From assembly GCA_041320535.1 (NCBI GenBank), contig JBGLNH010000001.1, forward strand, positions 863,746 through 927,745: 64,000 nt of DNA, given 5' to 3'. Below are positions 1-9,133 of this stretch, piece by piece (positions within the stretch are counted from its first letter, which is position 1; every line of letters starts with the position of its first letter). Both the position numbers and the translations under genes were made by a program. This DNA is from Candidatus Aminicenantes bacterium (GTDB taxonomy: Bacteria; Acidobacteriota; Aminicenantia; Aminicenantales; Saccharicenantaceae). The notes beneath the pieces are model-generated. The model did no database searches. It had not been told where the DNA came from and saw only the letters and a program-made list of their open reading frames with translations.

Positions 1-667
1 GGCGCCAGAAATCCTGGCATTCGAGGTAGGAGCCGTCCGACCAGCGGTAGACCTCGACGGCCAGGACGTTCTCGCCGGGCTTGAGGCAGCGGGTGATGTC
101 GAACTCGACCGGGGTCTTGGAGTCCTTGCCGAAGCCGAGCTTTTCGCCGTTGACCCAGGCGTAGAAGAACGACTTGACGGCGCCGAAGTGGAGATAGACG
201 TCCATCCCGCCCCATTCCGCCGGCACGGTGAACGTCCGGCGGTAGGAGCCGACCGGATTCCGGTCGTGGGGGACGAAGGGGGGCCTGGGGTTGCGGGCGA
301 ACTCGTAGGGGATGTTGACGTAGACCGGGTAGTCGTGTCCCTGGAACATCCAGTTCGAGGGCACGGGAGTCTCTTCCCAGGCGCTCACGTCGGCGGACGG
401 CTTCATGAAATCGGTCGGCCTATCGGCCGGCCGGGGCGACCAGCGGAACTTCCAAGGCCCGTTGAGGGACAGGCGGCGCGGCGACTCCTTCGGGCCGAGC
501 CTGAGGGCCGAAGCGGCGTCGGGGAAGGGCACGAAGGTCGCGCGCGGCGCGACCGTGCCCGAGGAAACGAGGGCCGGGTTCTCCCAGTCCTCGGGCCGCG
601 TCTGGGTCGGGGCCGTCGAGATGACGAGGAGCGCGAGCGAAGCGACGAGGAGGGTGATCGTTCTCAT
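1..667 (-). CDS. Glycoside hydrolase family 2 (beta-galactosidase-like) protein, N-terminal part only; the gene runs off the left window edge
   Basis: Reverse-strand translation from the ATG at 667 gives MRTITLLVASLALLVIS... (signal peptide), then motifs typical of the GH2 sugar-binding domain (NGPWKFRW, VPSNW, YPVYVNIPYEF, NPVGSYRRTF, YAWVNGEKLG, LAVEVYRWSDGSYLE). No stop before position 1. It is absent from the ORF track because it is open at the edge. Confidence 0.7.
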   Translation of the reverse strand, partial: MRTITLLVASLALLVISTAPTQTRPEDWENPALVSSGTVAPRATFVPFPDAASALRLGPKESPRRLSLNGPWKFRWSPRPADRPTDFMKPSADVSAWEETPVPSNWMFQGHDYPVYVNIPYEFARNPRPPFVPHDRNPVGSYRRTFTVPAEWGGMDVYLHFGAVKSFFYAWVNGEKLGFGKDSKTPVEFDITRCLKPGENVLAVEVYRWSDGSYLECQDFWR

Positions 668-687
668 GGCCGTTCCTTTCGGGACGC

Positions 688-1611
688 TCAGCGGGCGGCC
701 CAGAGATCCCGGGGGTAGGCGCCGGAATCGACGAGCCCGAGGATGGCCCGGCGGAAGGCGGGCCGGTCCTCGGGGTAGGTGACGCCGAACCAGCGCTCCC
801 GCGTCGGCAGGATCCTGACCCGGACCTTCCCCTCGCGGAGGAGGGCGCCGACGACCTCGGGGATGAGGAACTCGGCCTTGGCGATGTCGGCCGCCCTGGC
901 CCGCAGGAATTCGGGGAAGCGGCGCTCGAGCTCGGCGAAGAGGGCCGGCGTGAAGCCCCAGAAGTTCATCGAGGTCCAGCTCTCCGCGGGGAGCGGCGTC
1001 CAGTCGACGTCGTTCTCGGTGTGCTTGATCCCGTCGGGGAAGCTGCGGACCTTGAGGAGCTCGCGGACGGTGACGAGGAGGCAGTCGTCGGTCGCCGAGC
1101 ACACGCCGCGGGCCACCGTGCCGTGCTCGGAGAGCGTGTTCTCGAGGCGGTAGCCGACCATGGCGAACTCCGGGAGACCGGCCGAGGCCGGCGCCTGGGC
1201 GAGGTAGGCGGCCATGGACTCGAACGCGGTCCGCCCGTAGTAGTCGTCGGCGTTGATGGCCAGGAACGGGGTCCGGACCTCGTTCCGGCAGGCCAGGATG
1301 GCCTGGCCCGTCCCCCAGGGCTTCTTGCGGCCCTCGGGCACCGCGAAGCCGGCGGGCAGGTCCTCGACGGACTGGAAGACATAGGCGGTCTCCGCGGCCC
1401 GCTCGACGCGGCGGCCGATCCTCTCCCGGAAGGCCTCCTCGATGTCCCGGCGGATGATGAAGACGACCCGGTCGAAGCCCGCCCGCAGGGCGTCGTATAC
1501 GGAGTAGTCGAGGACTACCTCGCCGCTCGGGCCGACGGGGTCGATCTGCTTCAGCCCGCCGTAGCGGCTGCCGATGCCCGCGGCCATCACCACCAGGGTC
1601 AATGAGGCCAT
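688..1611 (-). CDS. Sugar-phosphate nucleotidyltransferase family protein
   Basis: ORF 688..1644. The true start is probably the internal ATG at 1611 (MASLTLVVMAAGIGSRYGGLKQ), which has a GGAAGGAG RBS 5 nt upstream. The G-rich NTP-transferase loop MAAGxGSRxG is present; length is about 307 aa. Confidence 0.6.
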   Translation of the reverse strand: MASLTLVVMAAGIGSRYGGLKQIDPVGPSGEVVLDYSVYDALRAGFDRVVFIIRRDIEEAFRERIGRRVERAAETAYVFQSVEDLPAGFAVPEGRKKPWGTGQAILACRNEVRTPFLAINADDYYGRTAFESMAAYLAQAPASAGLPEFAMVGYRLENTLSEHGTVARGVCSATDDCLLVTVRELLKVRSFPDGIKHTENDVDWTPLPAESWTSMNFWGFTPALFAELERRFPEFLRARAADIAKAEFLIPEVVGALLREGKVRVRILPTRERWFGVTYPEDRPAFRRAILGLVDSGAYPRDLWAAR

Positions 1612-1755
1612 GACAACTCCTTCCGAGTTCCCGTCCGGCCTCATCTTATCGGAAAGCGGACGGGACGGTCAAACCCCCTCCATGGTCTTCCGCCGGCGCC
1701 GGCCCGCCTTTACTTGTCCTTTCCTATCTTATATCATTGAAGATAAGGTGCACCC

Positions 1756-2283
1756 ATGATCCGTTCCACGACCGTCATCTGCGTCCGCCACAAGGGAAAA
1801 ACGGCCATGGCCGCCGACGGTCAGGTGACCATGGGCCAGACCGTCCTCAAGGAGACCGCCCTGAAGCTCCGGCGCCTGGCCAAGGGCGACGTCCTGGCCG
1901 GCTTCGCCGGGGCCACCTCGGACGCCTTCGCCCTGTTCACCCGCTTCGAGGCGAAGTTCGAGGAGTACCGCGGCAACCTGGCCCGGGCGGCCATCGAGCT
2001 GGCCAAGGACTGGCGCATGGAGAAGTCCCTCCGCCGGCTCGACGCCCTGCTCGTCGTGGCCAACGCCGAGACGGCGCTCCTCATCTCCGGGACGGGCGAC
2101 GTCGTCGAGCCCGACGACGGCATCATCGCCATCGGCTCCGGCGGGCCCTACGCCCTGGCCGCCGCCCGGGCCCTCGTCCGCCACACCGACCTCGGGGCCC
2201 GGGCCGTCGCCGAGGAGGCCCTGGCGATCGCCGCCGGGATCTGCGTCTACACGAACCGCCATACGACCGTCGAGGAGCTCTGA
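1756..2283 (+). CDS. hslV: ATP-dependent protease subunit HslV
   Basis: 175 aa, [21 protein letters not shown]... with the Thr active-site N-terminus, full length. Directly followed by hslU. Confidence 0.9.
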   Translation: MIRSTTVICVRHKGKTAMAADGQVTMGQTVLKETALKLRRLAKGDVLAGFAGATSDAFALFTRFEAKFEEYRGNLARAAIELAKDWRMEKSLRRLDALLVVANAETALLISGTGDVVEPDDGIIAIGSGGPYALAAARALVRHTDLGARAVAEEALAIAAGICVYTNRHTTVEEL

Positions 2284-2751
2284 GTGCCCATCATCCTGCC
2301 CGAGTCGATCGACCGGCCGGCGCCCGAGGGCGTCGAGGCGGAGCTCACGCCCCGCGAGATCGTCGCCGAGCTCGACAAGTACATCATCGGCCAGAAGGCG
2401 GCCAAGAAGGCCGTGGCCATCGCCCTCCGCAACCGCTTCCGCCGGCGCAAGCTCCCGCCCGACCTGGCCGACGAGATCGCGCCCAAGAACATCCTCATGA
2501 TCGGCCCCACCGGCGTCGGCAAGACCGAGATCTCGCGGCGCCTGGCCAAGCTGACCTCCTCGCCCTTCCTGAAGATCGAGGCCAGCAAGTTCACCGAGGT
2601 CGGCTACGTCGGGCGCGACGTCGAGTCCATGATCCGGGACCTCGTCCGCATCTCCGTCGACATGGTCAAGCAGGAGAAGGTCGCCGAGATCGTGGAGAAG
2701 GCCCGGGCCAGCACGGAGGAGAAGCTCCTCGACGTCCTCCTGCCGCCGCCG
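2284..2751 (+). pseudogene. hslU: HslU ATPase, N-terminal 156-aa fragment; homology stops abruptly after LLDVLLPPP
   Basis: Walker [18 protein letters not shown] and [20 protein letters not shown] match HslU up to E. coli residue ~160. The ORF then continues as low-complexity [12 protein letters not shown] to the stop at 2826. Full HslU is ~440-470 aa. Confidence 0.75.
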
Positions 2752-2758
2752 CGGCGCG

Positions 2759-3400
2759 GTCGCCGGCGCGGACGGCGCCGCCGAGGATGGTCCCCGCCAC
2801 GACCGTGCCGAAGCCGCGCATGCTGAAGACCCGGTCGACGGGCATGCGGAAGACGCCGTTGTCGGCGCGGGGCGGGACCCGCCGGCCGAGGCCGCGGAGG
2901 ACGTCGCGGAGCGCGTCGACGCCGGCGCCGCTGAGCGCCGAGACGGGGACGATCGGGGCCTCGGCCAGGAACGAGCCCCGGACGAAGCCGCGCACGGTCG
3001 CGGCGAGCTCCGCGAGCCTGGCCTCGTCGACGAGGTCGGACTTGGTCAAAGCGACGGCGCCCAGGCGGACGCCGAGGAGCCGGAGGATGTCGAAGTGCTC
3101 GCGGGTCTGGACGGCCAGGCCCTCGTCGGCGGCGACGACGAGCAGGGCGGCGTCGATGTTCGAGGCGCCGGCGGCCATGGTCCTGACGAACTTCTCGTGG
3201 CCGGGGACGTCGATGAAGACGATCTGTCTGTCGTAGGCGGGGTCGTCGAGGAAGACGAAGCCGAGGTCGATCGTCATGCCCCGGGCCTTCTCCTCGGGCA
3301 GGGTGTCGGGGTCGGTGCCGGTCAGGGCCCGGACGAGGGCGCTCTTGCCGTGGTCGATGTGGCCGGCCGTGCCGACGATGACGTGGTCTTTGCCGGTCAT
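2759..3400 (-). pseudogene. selB: Selenocysteine-specific elongation factor SelB, N-terminal GTPase fragment (~214 aa); homology ends at ...GGAVRAGD
   Basis: [36 protein letters not shown] and [21 protein letters not shown] align with the E. coli SelB domain I/II boundary. Downstream of ~2759 the frame becomes poly-Ala/Arg junk. The start ATG overlaps the selA stop (ATGA at 3397-3400). Confidence 0.75.
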
Positions 3401-4806
3401 GCCAGGAGGCCGCGCAGGGCGCGCTCGACGGCCGCGTCCTCGGAGGGCTGGATCGTCCGGAAGTCGAAGAGGACGGCGTCCTTGCGGATCCGGGCGTAGA
3501 CCGGCGGCACGAGGGCGCGGAGGCGGCGGGCCAGGTCCTCGGCGGACAGGGCGGGGGAGCGGACCGAGAGGACCTTGGTCGGCAGGGTCTCGGCCGGCAC
3601 GGCGCCGCTGCCGACCTGGGACTCGCCGTCCTCGACCGCGAGGGCGATCCCGCCGGGGAGCGCCTCGCGCAGCGCCGCCGCGACCCGCCCGGCCCGGCGT
3701 CCGATCTCGTCGGGCGACAGGGCCAGCATGCGGTAGATGGGGTGGCGCTCGGCGATCCTGCCCGGGTCGAGGAAGAGGCGGAGCGTCGCCTCGAGCGCGG
3801 CGAGCGAGAGCTTGCCGCAGCGGAAGGCCCGGGCCAGCGGGTTCTTCTTGATCCTCTGGACCCAGGCGGCCTTGCCGAGGATGAGGCCGCACTGCGGGCC
3901 GCCGACGAGCTTGTCGCCGCTGAAGCAGACGACGTCGGCGCCGGCCCGGACGCTGGCCCGGACCATGGGCTCGGGGGCGAGGCCGTAGGGTGCGAGGTCG
4001 ACGAGGGCGCCGCTGCCGAGGTCGTCGACGACGGGCACGCCCCGGGCCCGGCCGAGGGCCACGAGGTCCTCGAGCGGCGGCTCCCCGGCGAAGCCGACGA
4101 TGCGGTAGTTGCTGTGGTGGACGCGCAGGATGGCCCCGGTCGCGTCCCCGACCGCGGCCTCGTAATCGCGGAGGTGGGTCTTGTTGGTGGTGCCGACCTC
4201 GCGCAGGACGGCCCCGCTCGTGGTCATGACGTCGGGCATGCGGAACGAGCCGCCGATCTCGACCAGCTGGCCGCGCGAGACGACGACCTCCTTGCCGCGG
4301 GCCAGGGTGTTGAGGATGAGGACGGTCGCCGCGGCGTTGTTGTTGGCCGCGGTGGCGGCCTCGGCGCCGGTGAGCTCGCGGAGCAGGCCCTCGACGTGAC
4401 GGTCGCGGGAGACGCGCTTGCCGCTGTCCGGATCGAGGGCCAGGGTGGAGTAGCCGGCGGCGACCGCGGCCAGGGCCTCGCGGGCGGCCTCGGAGAGGAC
4501 GGCCCGGCCGAGCCCGGAGTGCATGACGATGCCGGTGGCGTTGATCGCCGGGCCGAGGGACGGGGCGGAGCGCGCGGCCAGGCGCGCGCCGAGGCGGGCG
4601 GTCAGGGACCGGGGATCGAGGTCGGCGGCCGGCGGCGCGGCGGCGGCGCCCTCGGTCGCGACGATGGCCGTCCGGGCCTCGTCGAGCAGGGCCCGGCACT
4701 CGGCGGCGACGGTCTCGCGGCCGTGCTCCCCGATGAGGCGGCAGACCGCCTCCTCGCGGAGCAGGGCGTCGAGCGAGGGGATCTTGCGGAGCTGCTCGTT
4801 CTGCAC
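3397..4806 (-). CDS. selA: L-seryl-tRNA(Sec) selenium transferase SelA
   Basis: 469 aa with a GTG start at 4806. SelA family hallmarks include the PLP-binding region [18 protein letters not shown]. 4-bp overlap with selB. Confidence 0.85.
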   Translation of the reverse strand: MQNEQLRKIPSLDALLREEAVCRLIGEHGRETVAAECRALLDEARTAIVATEGAAAAPPAADLDPRSLTARLGARLAARSAPSLGPAINATGIVMHSGLGRAVLSEAAREALAAVAAGYSTLALDPDSGKRVSRDRHVEGLLRELTGAEAATAANNNAAATVLILNTLARGKEVVVSRGQLVEIGGSFRMPDVMTTSGAVLREVGTTNKTHLRDYEAAVGDATGAILRVHHSNYRIVGFAGEPPLEDLVALGRARGVPVVDDLGSGALVDLAPYGLAPEPMVRASVRAGADVVCFSGDKLVGGPQCGLILGKAAWVQRIKKNPLARAFRCGKLSLAALEATLRLFLDPGRIAERHPIYRMLALSPDEIGRRAGRVAAALREALPGGIALAVEDGESQVGSGAVPAETLPTKVLSVRSPALSAEDLARRLRALVPPVYARIRKDAVLFDFRTIQPSEDAAVERALRGLLA

Positions 4807-4816
4807 GGCCGGCCTC

Positions 4817-5374
4817 CTACTTCCGCGGGGAGCGGAAGCGGAGCTTGTCGAAGACCTCGGGGTGGACGTCGGCGCCGCCCGAGGCCGAGACGGGCACGGC
4901 GATCGTGAAGGCCAGCTCCTTCGGCGGCAGGCACGAGGCGTGGTCGCAGGCCTGGTAGCCGAGGGAGGCCTCGAGGGACTTGGCGCCGGGCGCGGCCGTG
5001 TCCTTGGCCTTGAGGAGGACGCCGAGGACGACCTCGCCCTCGTAGACGACGAGCTCGGCCTCCGAGTAGTCGAAACGGGCCCGCCGGCCCCTCGGGAAGA
5101 CCGTCTCGAGGACCTCGAAATCGGGGTTGTCGGCGATGACGAGCGTCGTCGGGATCATGAACTCGTCGAGGGGCGCGTCGTCGTTGATGTGGTAGCCCGC
5201 CTGGACCTTGAGGACGACGGCGGCCTTGAACGTCTCTCCCGGACGGACGGCGTCGCGGGAGACGAGGCTGCGGACCTCGACGACGTGCCGGTCTTCCTGG
5301 GCGGCGAGGGGGGAGGCCAGCGCGAACGCGGCGGCCAAAACGGCGATCCCGGGGATGTTGCGCATCGTTCTCAA
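4817..5374 (-). CDS. Secreted protein with a DsbD N-terminal (alpha) domain-like fold
   Basis: Signal peptide MRTMRNIPGIAVLAAAFALASPLAAQ. The C-terminal GYQACDHASCLPP resembles the CxxxxxC motif of the thiol:disulfide interchange protein DsbD N-terminal domain. Confidence 0.5.
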   Translation of the reverse strand: MRTMRNIPGIAVLAAAFALASPLAAQEDRHVVEVRSLVSRDAVRPGETFKAAVVLKVQAGYHINDDAPLDEFMIPTTLVIADNPDFEVLETVFPRGRRARFDYSEAELVVYEGEVVLGVLLKAKDTAAPGAKSLEASLGYQACDHASCLPPKELAFTIAVPVSASGGADVHPEVFDKLRFRSPRK

Positions 5375-5426
5375 TTAGAGACGTTTTCCCCCGCCTTGTC
5401 AACACGCGGCCGGACGGCTTCCCCTC

Positions 5427-7211
5427 TCATCGCCGCCCCTCCCAATCGATCCTGGCGATGACCTTGGACAGCAGGAAGGCGGCCAGCCCGCCCGCCGCGA
5501 GATAGGCCGCGCCGGCGCCCCAGTCCATGAAGATGACCTTGCCCACCCCGAGGAGCAGGAACAGGATCATGACCACGGCCAGCGCCCAGCCGGCGAACGG
5601 CGCCGCCTGGAGCCGGTACGCCCCGCCGTTCAGCCTGGCGATCGGCCCCCAGAACCCGCCCGGACGGACCTTCCGGTAGAAGGCCAGGAGCTTGCGCGGA
5701 TCGTCGGGCTTCGTCAGGAACGTCACCGCGAGCCAGGACGCCGTCGTCACGGCCACGATGAGCAGGATCCCGACGCCCCACGCGTCCACCCGGAAGCCGG
5801 CGCGCTCGAGCCCGGCCCCCAAGCCCCGCGTGAGCGCGTTGTCCGGCGAGATCTTGAGGAAGACCGCCGTCGCCGCCGAGGCGCTGAGGGCCGCGATCTC
5901 CGACCAGGCGTTGATCCGCCACCAGTACCAGCGCAGCAGGAGCACCAGGCCGATCCCGGCCGACAGCTCCATGACCAGCTGCCAGCCCATCTTGACGCTG
6001 CCCAGCACGTAGGAGAACCCGGCCCCGACGAGCGATACGGCCAGGACGAGGACGCGCGACGCCGCGACGTAGTGCCTCTCGCTCGCGTCCTTCCTCACGA
6101 ACGGCCGGTAGAAGTCGTTGAGCAGGAACGAGCCCGAGAGGTTGACGATGGATTCGATCGTCGACATGAAGGCCGCGAAGAGCGAGGCGACGACGATGCC
6201 CGCGATGCCCTTGGGCAGGAAGGCGAGCATGCGGGGATAGGCCGCCTCCATCTCGCCCGGGCCGGCGCCGGCGATGCCGGGCAGGACGGCGAGCGCCGCC
6301 AGGGCCGTCAGGATCCACGGCCACGGCCGGATGACGTAGTGGGCGATCGTGAACCAGAGCGTCCCCTGGACGGCGTTCTTGGCGTCCTTGCCGGCCAGCA
6401 TCCTCTGGGCGATCCAGCCGCCCCCTCCCGGCTCGGCCCCCGGATAGTAGACGGCCCACCACTGGACGAACAGGGCCACGAAGAAGGCCAACGGCAGGGC
6501 CTGGCCGAGCGGCGGGAAGACCGACAGGTAGTCCTTGCCCGCGCCCGCCCCGGCCGCCCGGGCCGCCTCGACCAGCGCTCCGATCCCGCCCGCCTTCTCG
6601 ACCGAGACGACCGACAGGACGATCGACCCGGCCATGGCCACGCCGAAGAGCAGCATGTCGGTCGCCACGACCCCCCACAGCCCGCTGAGCGTGGTGTAGA
6701 AGACCGTCAGCGCGAGGCAGACGGCCAGGGCCGCGGTGCCGCTCGTCCCGAAGACCGTCTGGATGATCCTGACCATGGCCAGGGTCACCCAGCCGAAGGT
6801 GATGCACGAGACGGGAAGGCCGAGGTAGAGGGCCTTGAAGCCGCGCAGGAACCGCGCCGCCCGGCCCGAGTAGCGGAGGTCGATGAACTCGACCTCGGTG
6901 ACGACCTCGGCCCGGCGCCAGAGGTGGGCGAAGAACAGGACCGTCAGGGCCCCGCCGAGCATGAAGTTCCACCACAGCCAGTTGCCCGAGACGCCGTCCT
7001 TGATGACGATGCCCGTCACCGCGAGCGGCGTGTCCGAGGAGAAGGTCGTCGCGACCATCGACGTGCCGAGGAGCCACCAGGGCAGGCTCCGCCCGCTCAG
7101 GAAATATTCGGAGATGCTCCGCCCGGCCCGCTTCGAGTAGTACAGGCCGAGCGCGATCGACAGGGCGAAGTACCAGGCGATGAAGAGCCAGTCGACCGTC
7201 GAGAGGCTCAT
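5427..7211 (-). CDS. Sodium:solute symporter (SSS) family transporter
   Basis: 594 aa, about 13-14 predicted TM segments with an SSS-family N-terminus (YFLSGRSLPWWLLGTSMVATTFSSDTPLAVTG). The start overlaps the stop of the upstream small gene (ATGA). Confidence 0.8.
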   Translation of the reverse strand: MSLSTVDWLFIAWYFALSIALGLYYSKRAGRSISEYFLSGRSLPWWLLGTSMVATTFSSDTPLAVTGIVIKDGVSGNWLWWNFMLGGALTVLFFAHLWRRAEVVTEVEFIDLRYSGRAARFLRGFKALYLGLPVSCITFGWVTLAMVRIIQTVFGTSGTAALAVCLALTVFYTTLSGLWGVVATDMLLFGVAMAGSIVLSVVSVEKAGGIGALVEAARAAGAGAGKDYLSVFPPLGQALPLAFFVALFVQWWAVYYPGAEPGGGGWIAQRMLAGKDAKNAVQGTLWFTIAHYVIRPWPWILTALAALAVLPGIAGAGPGEMEAAYPRMLAFLPKGIAGIVVASLFAAFMSTIESIVNLSGSFLLNDFYRPFVRKDASERHYVAASRVLVLAVSLVGAGFSYVLGSVKMGWQLVMELSAGIGLVLLLRWYWWRINAWSEIAALSASAATAVFLKISPDNALTRGLGAGLERAGFRVDAWGVGILLIVAVTTASWLAVTFLTKPDDPRKLLAFYRKVRPGGFWGPIARLNGGAYRLQAAPFAGWALAVVMILFLLLGVGKVIFMDWGAGAAYLAAGGLAAFLLSKVIARIDWEGRR

Positions 7212-7375
7212 GACCGGGCCCTGTAGATGAGCGCCCCGACGAGGCCGAAGACCGCGGCCATCAGGAGCACGGCGACCCGCTGGGCCGCCGTCCGGCAGAA
7301 GAGGACCCCGAACACGAAAAGCGGCAGGCCCACGCCCCAGAAGCCCAGGGCCATGGGCCGGTATTCTTTCTTCAT
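7208..7375 (-). CDS. Small 2-TM membrane protein (DUF3311-like) translationally coupled to the SSS transporter
   Basis: Not in the ORF track. Reverse translation gives MKKEYRPMALGFWGVGLPLFVFGVLFCRTAAQRVAVLLMAAVFGLVGALIYRARS (55 aa). Its stop overlaps the SSS start. Confidence 0.5.
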   Translation of the reverse strand: MKKEYRPMALGFWGVGLPLFVFGVLFCRTAAQRVAVLLMAAVFGLVGALIYRARS

Positions 7376-7394
7376 GCCCTCGCGGGCGACGGCC

Positions 7395-8261
7395 CTACTT
7401 CTCCCGGGGGATGGCGAAGACGGGCAGCCGGCAGTGGGCGATGACCTTCTCGGTCGTGCTGCCGAGGAAGTAGCGGGCCAGCTTGCGCACGGTCGTCGAC
7501 ATGACGATGAGGTCGAAGCCCTTCGTCTCGGCGTAGTCGATGATGCCCTCGTAGCCGTGGACGGCCTTGGCGACGTCCTCGTGGATCTCGATCGCCTTGG
7601 GCTCCCTCTTCCCGCGGGCCTGGAGCTTCTTCAGGGCCGAGCCGAACATCTCGTCGGTCAGCCGGAAGTCGTGGCCGAAGAGCTCGAGGACGTAGAGGAA
7701 GGTCAGGCTGGCGCCGAACGCCTTGGCCAGCCTCCAGGCGTGCTCCCGCTCGACGTCCTCCTTCGAGGAGAAGTCGGTCGGGACGAGGATCTTGCGGATG
7801 GGCTGGACCTTGGCGTCGGTGCCCTTGGTCACCAGGACCGGCACGCGGGCGCTGCGCAGGACCTGGTGGGTGACGCTCCCGATGAGGTTCCGCTCGCGCC
7901 CGGAGACGCCCCTGCGCCCGACGACGACGAGGTCGGCCTTCTCCTTGACGGCCGTCTTGAGGATGCCCTTGGCCGCCGAGCCCTCGGTGACGACGACCTT
8001 GGCCGGGCAGACGCCCTGGGTGGCGCAGGTGTGCTCGATCTGGGCCTTGCCGCTCGCCTTGGTGTGCTCGATCTTCTCGGCCAGCTCGGCCTGGGCGTCC
8101 GGCCAGAGCTCGTAGAGCGCCGTGGCGAACTCGGGGACGACGTGGAGGGCCGTCAGCTTGGCCTTGAAGGTCTTGGAGAACAGGTCGGCGTAGGCCAGGG
8201 CCTCCTTGGCTTCCGGGGAGAAATCGGTGGCCCAGAGGACGTTCTTGACGGGACGGATCAT
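7395..8261 (-). CDS. Universal stress protein (tandem UspA domains)
   Basis: 288 aa with two Usp repeats (ILVPTDFS... and VLVTK.. patterns) and a GRRGVSG ATP-binding motif. Confidence 0.8.
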   Translation of the reverse strand: MIRPVKNVLWATDFSPEAKEALAYADLFSKTFKAKLTALHVVPEFATALYELWPDAQAELAEKIEHTKASGKAQIEHTCATQGVCPAKVVVTEGSAAKGILKTAVKEKADLVVVGRRGVSGRERNLIGSVTHQVLRSARVPVLVTKGTDAKVQPIRKILVPTDFSSKEDVEREHAWRLAKAFGASLTFLYVLELFGHDFRLTDEMFGSALKKLQARGKREPKAIEIHEDVAKAVHGYEGIIDYAETKGFDLIVMSTTVRKLARYFLGSTTEKVIAHCRLPVFAIPREK

Positions 8262-8296
8262 GGGTCCCTCCTTTGTTCCCTCAGTTTACAACAAAC

Positions 8297-9079
8297 TCAA
8301 TACTTCTGCCAGGCCGGCTTGTGCTCGTAGACCCAGGCGTAGTAGGGCGCCATCGTCAGCTCCGAGGCCGCGTCCTTGTCGAGGACGAGGATGGCCCGCG
8401 GGTGGAGCTGGAGCACGGAGCCGGGGACCATGGCCGTCACCGGTCCCTCGATCGTCTGGGCGACGGCCTTGGCCTTCTTCTTGCCGAAGGCCAGGAGCAG
8501 GCACATCCGGGCGTCCATGATCGTGCCCAGGCCCACGGTGATGACGTGGGTGGGGACCCCGGCCTGCCCTCCGAAGCCGGCGGCGACCTCGCGGCGGGAC
8601 TCGTCCGTCAGCGTCTTGATCCGGGTCCGCGACGCGAGCGACGAGGACGGTTCGTTATAGCCGACGTGGCCGTTCGTGCCGATCCCCAGGATCTGGACGT
8701 CGATGCCGCCGGCCGAGCGGATGGCCTGCTCGTACTTCCGGCAGGCCGCGGGGACGTCGGCCGTCAGGCCGTCGGGGATGTGGATCCGCTCGCGGGCGAC
8801 GTTGAGCTGGCTGAACAGGTGGGCCCACATGTAGCTGTGGAAGGAGGCCGGGTGGGCCGGCGGGACGCCGATGTACTCGTCGAGATTGAAGCAGGTCACG
8901 CCTCCGAAGTCGAGACTGTCCTCCCGGTGCATGCGGACGAGGTTGCGGTAGAGCTGGAGCGGCGTGTTGCCGGTGGCCAGCCCGAGCACGGCGTGGGGCT
9001 TCTCGCGGACGGTGCGGGCGACGATATTGGCGGCGATCTGGCTGGCGTGTTGGCTGTCGGGCTGGATGATGATCTCCAT
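8297..9079 (-). CDS. nagB: Glucosamine-6-phosphate deaminase
   Basis: 260 aa with NagB signatures (GLATGNTPL, GIGTNGHVGYNEP). Confidence 0.85.
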   Translation of the reverse strand: MEIIIQPDSQHASQIAANIVARTVREKPHAVLGLATGNTPLQLYRNLVRMHREDSLDFGGVTCFNLDEYIGVPPAHPASFHSYMWAHLFSQLNVARERIHIPDGLTADVPAACRKYEQAIRSAGGIDVQILGIGTNGHVGYNEPSSSLASRTRIKTLTDESRREVAAGFGGQAGVPTHVITVGLGTIMDARMCLLLAFGKKKAKAVAQTIEGPVTAMVPGSVLQLHPRAILVLDKDAASELTMAPYYAWVYEHKPAWQKY

Positions 9080-9133
9080 CGGTCCTCCTCGGTCCTCTTT
9101 AGGGCCCGTTCCGTCGCGGCGCGGCCGGCGCCG

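Noticed and set aside
1700-1755. Putative sigma-70 promoter TTGTCC ... TATATCAT upstream of hslV.
   Set aside because: The -35/-10 spacing is only ~10-12 nt, so the assignment is unreliable. Not reported as a feature.
1737-3236. Many long GC-rich ORFs overlapping or antisense to the called genes. Examples: 1737..3236 (499 aa), 3742..4908, 5371..7077, 6072..7226, 8273..10201, 14043..15992, 16995..19451, 44166..47621, 59044..61047 and 59241..61949.
   Set aside because: Their translations are Arg/Pro/Gly/Ala low-complexity, typical of stop-poor alternative frames in ~70% GC DNA. Each overlaps a frame with clear family-level homology, so they were treated as spurious.
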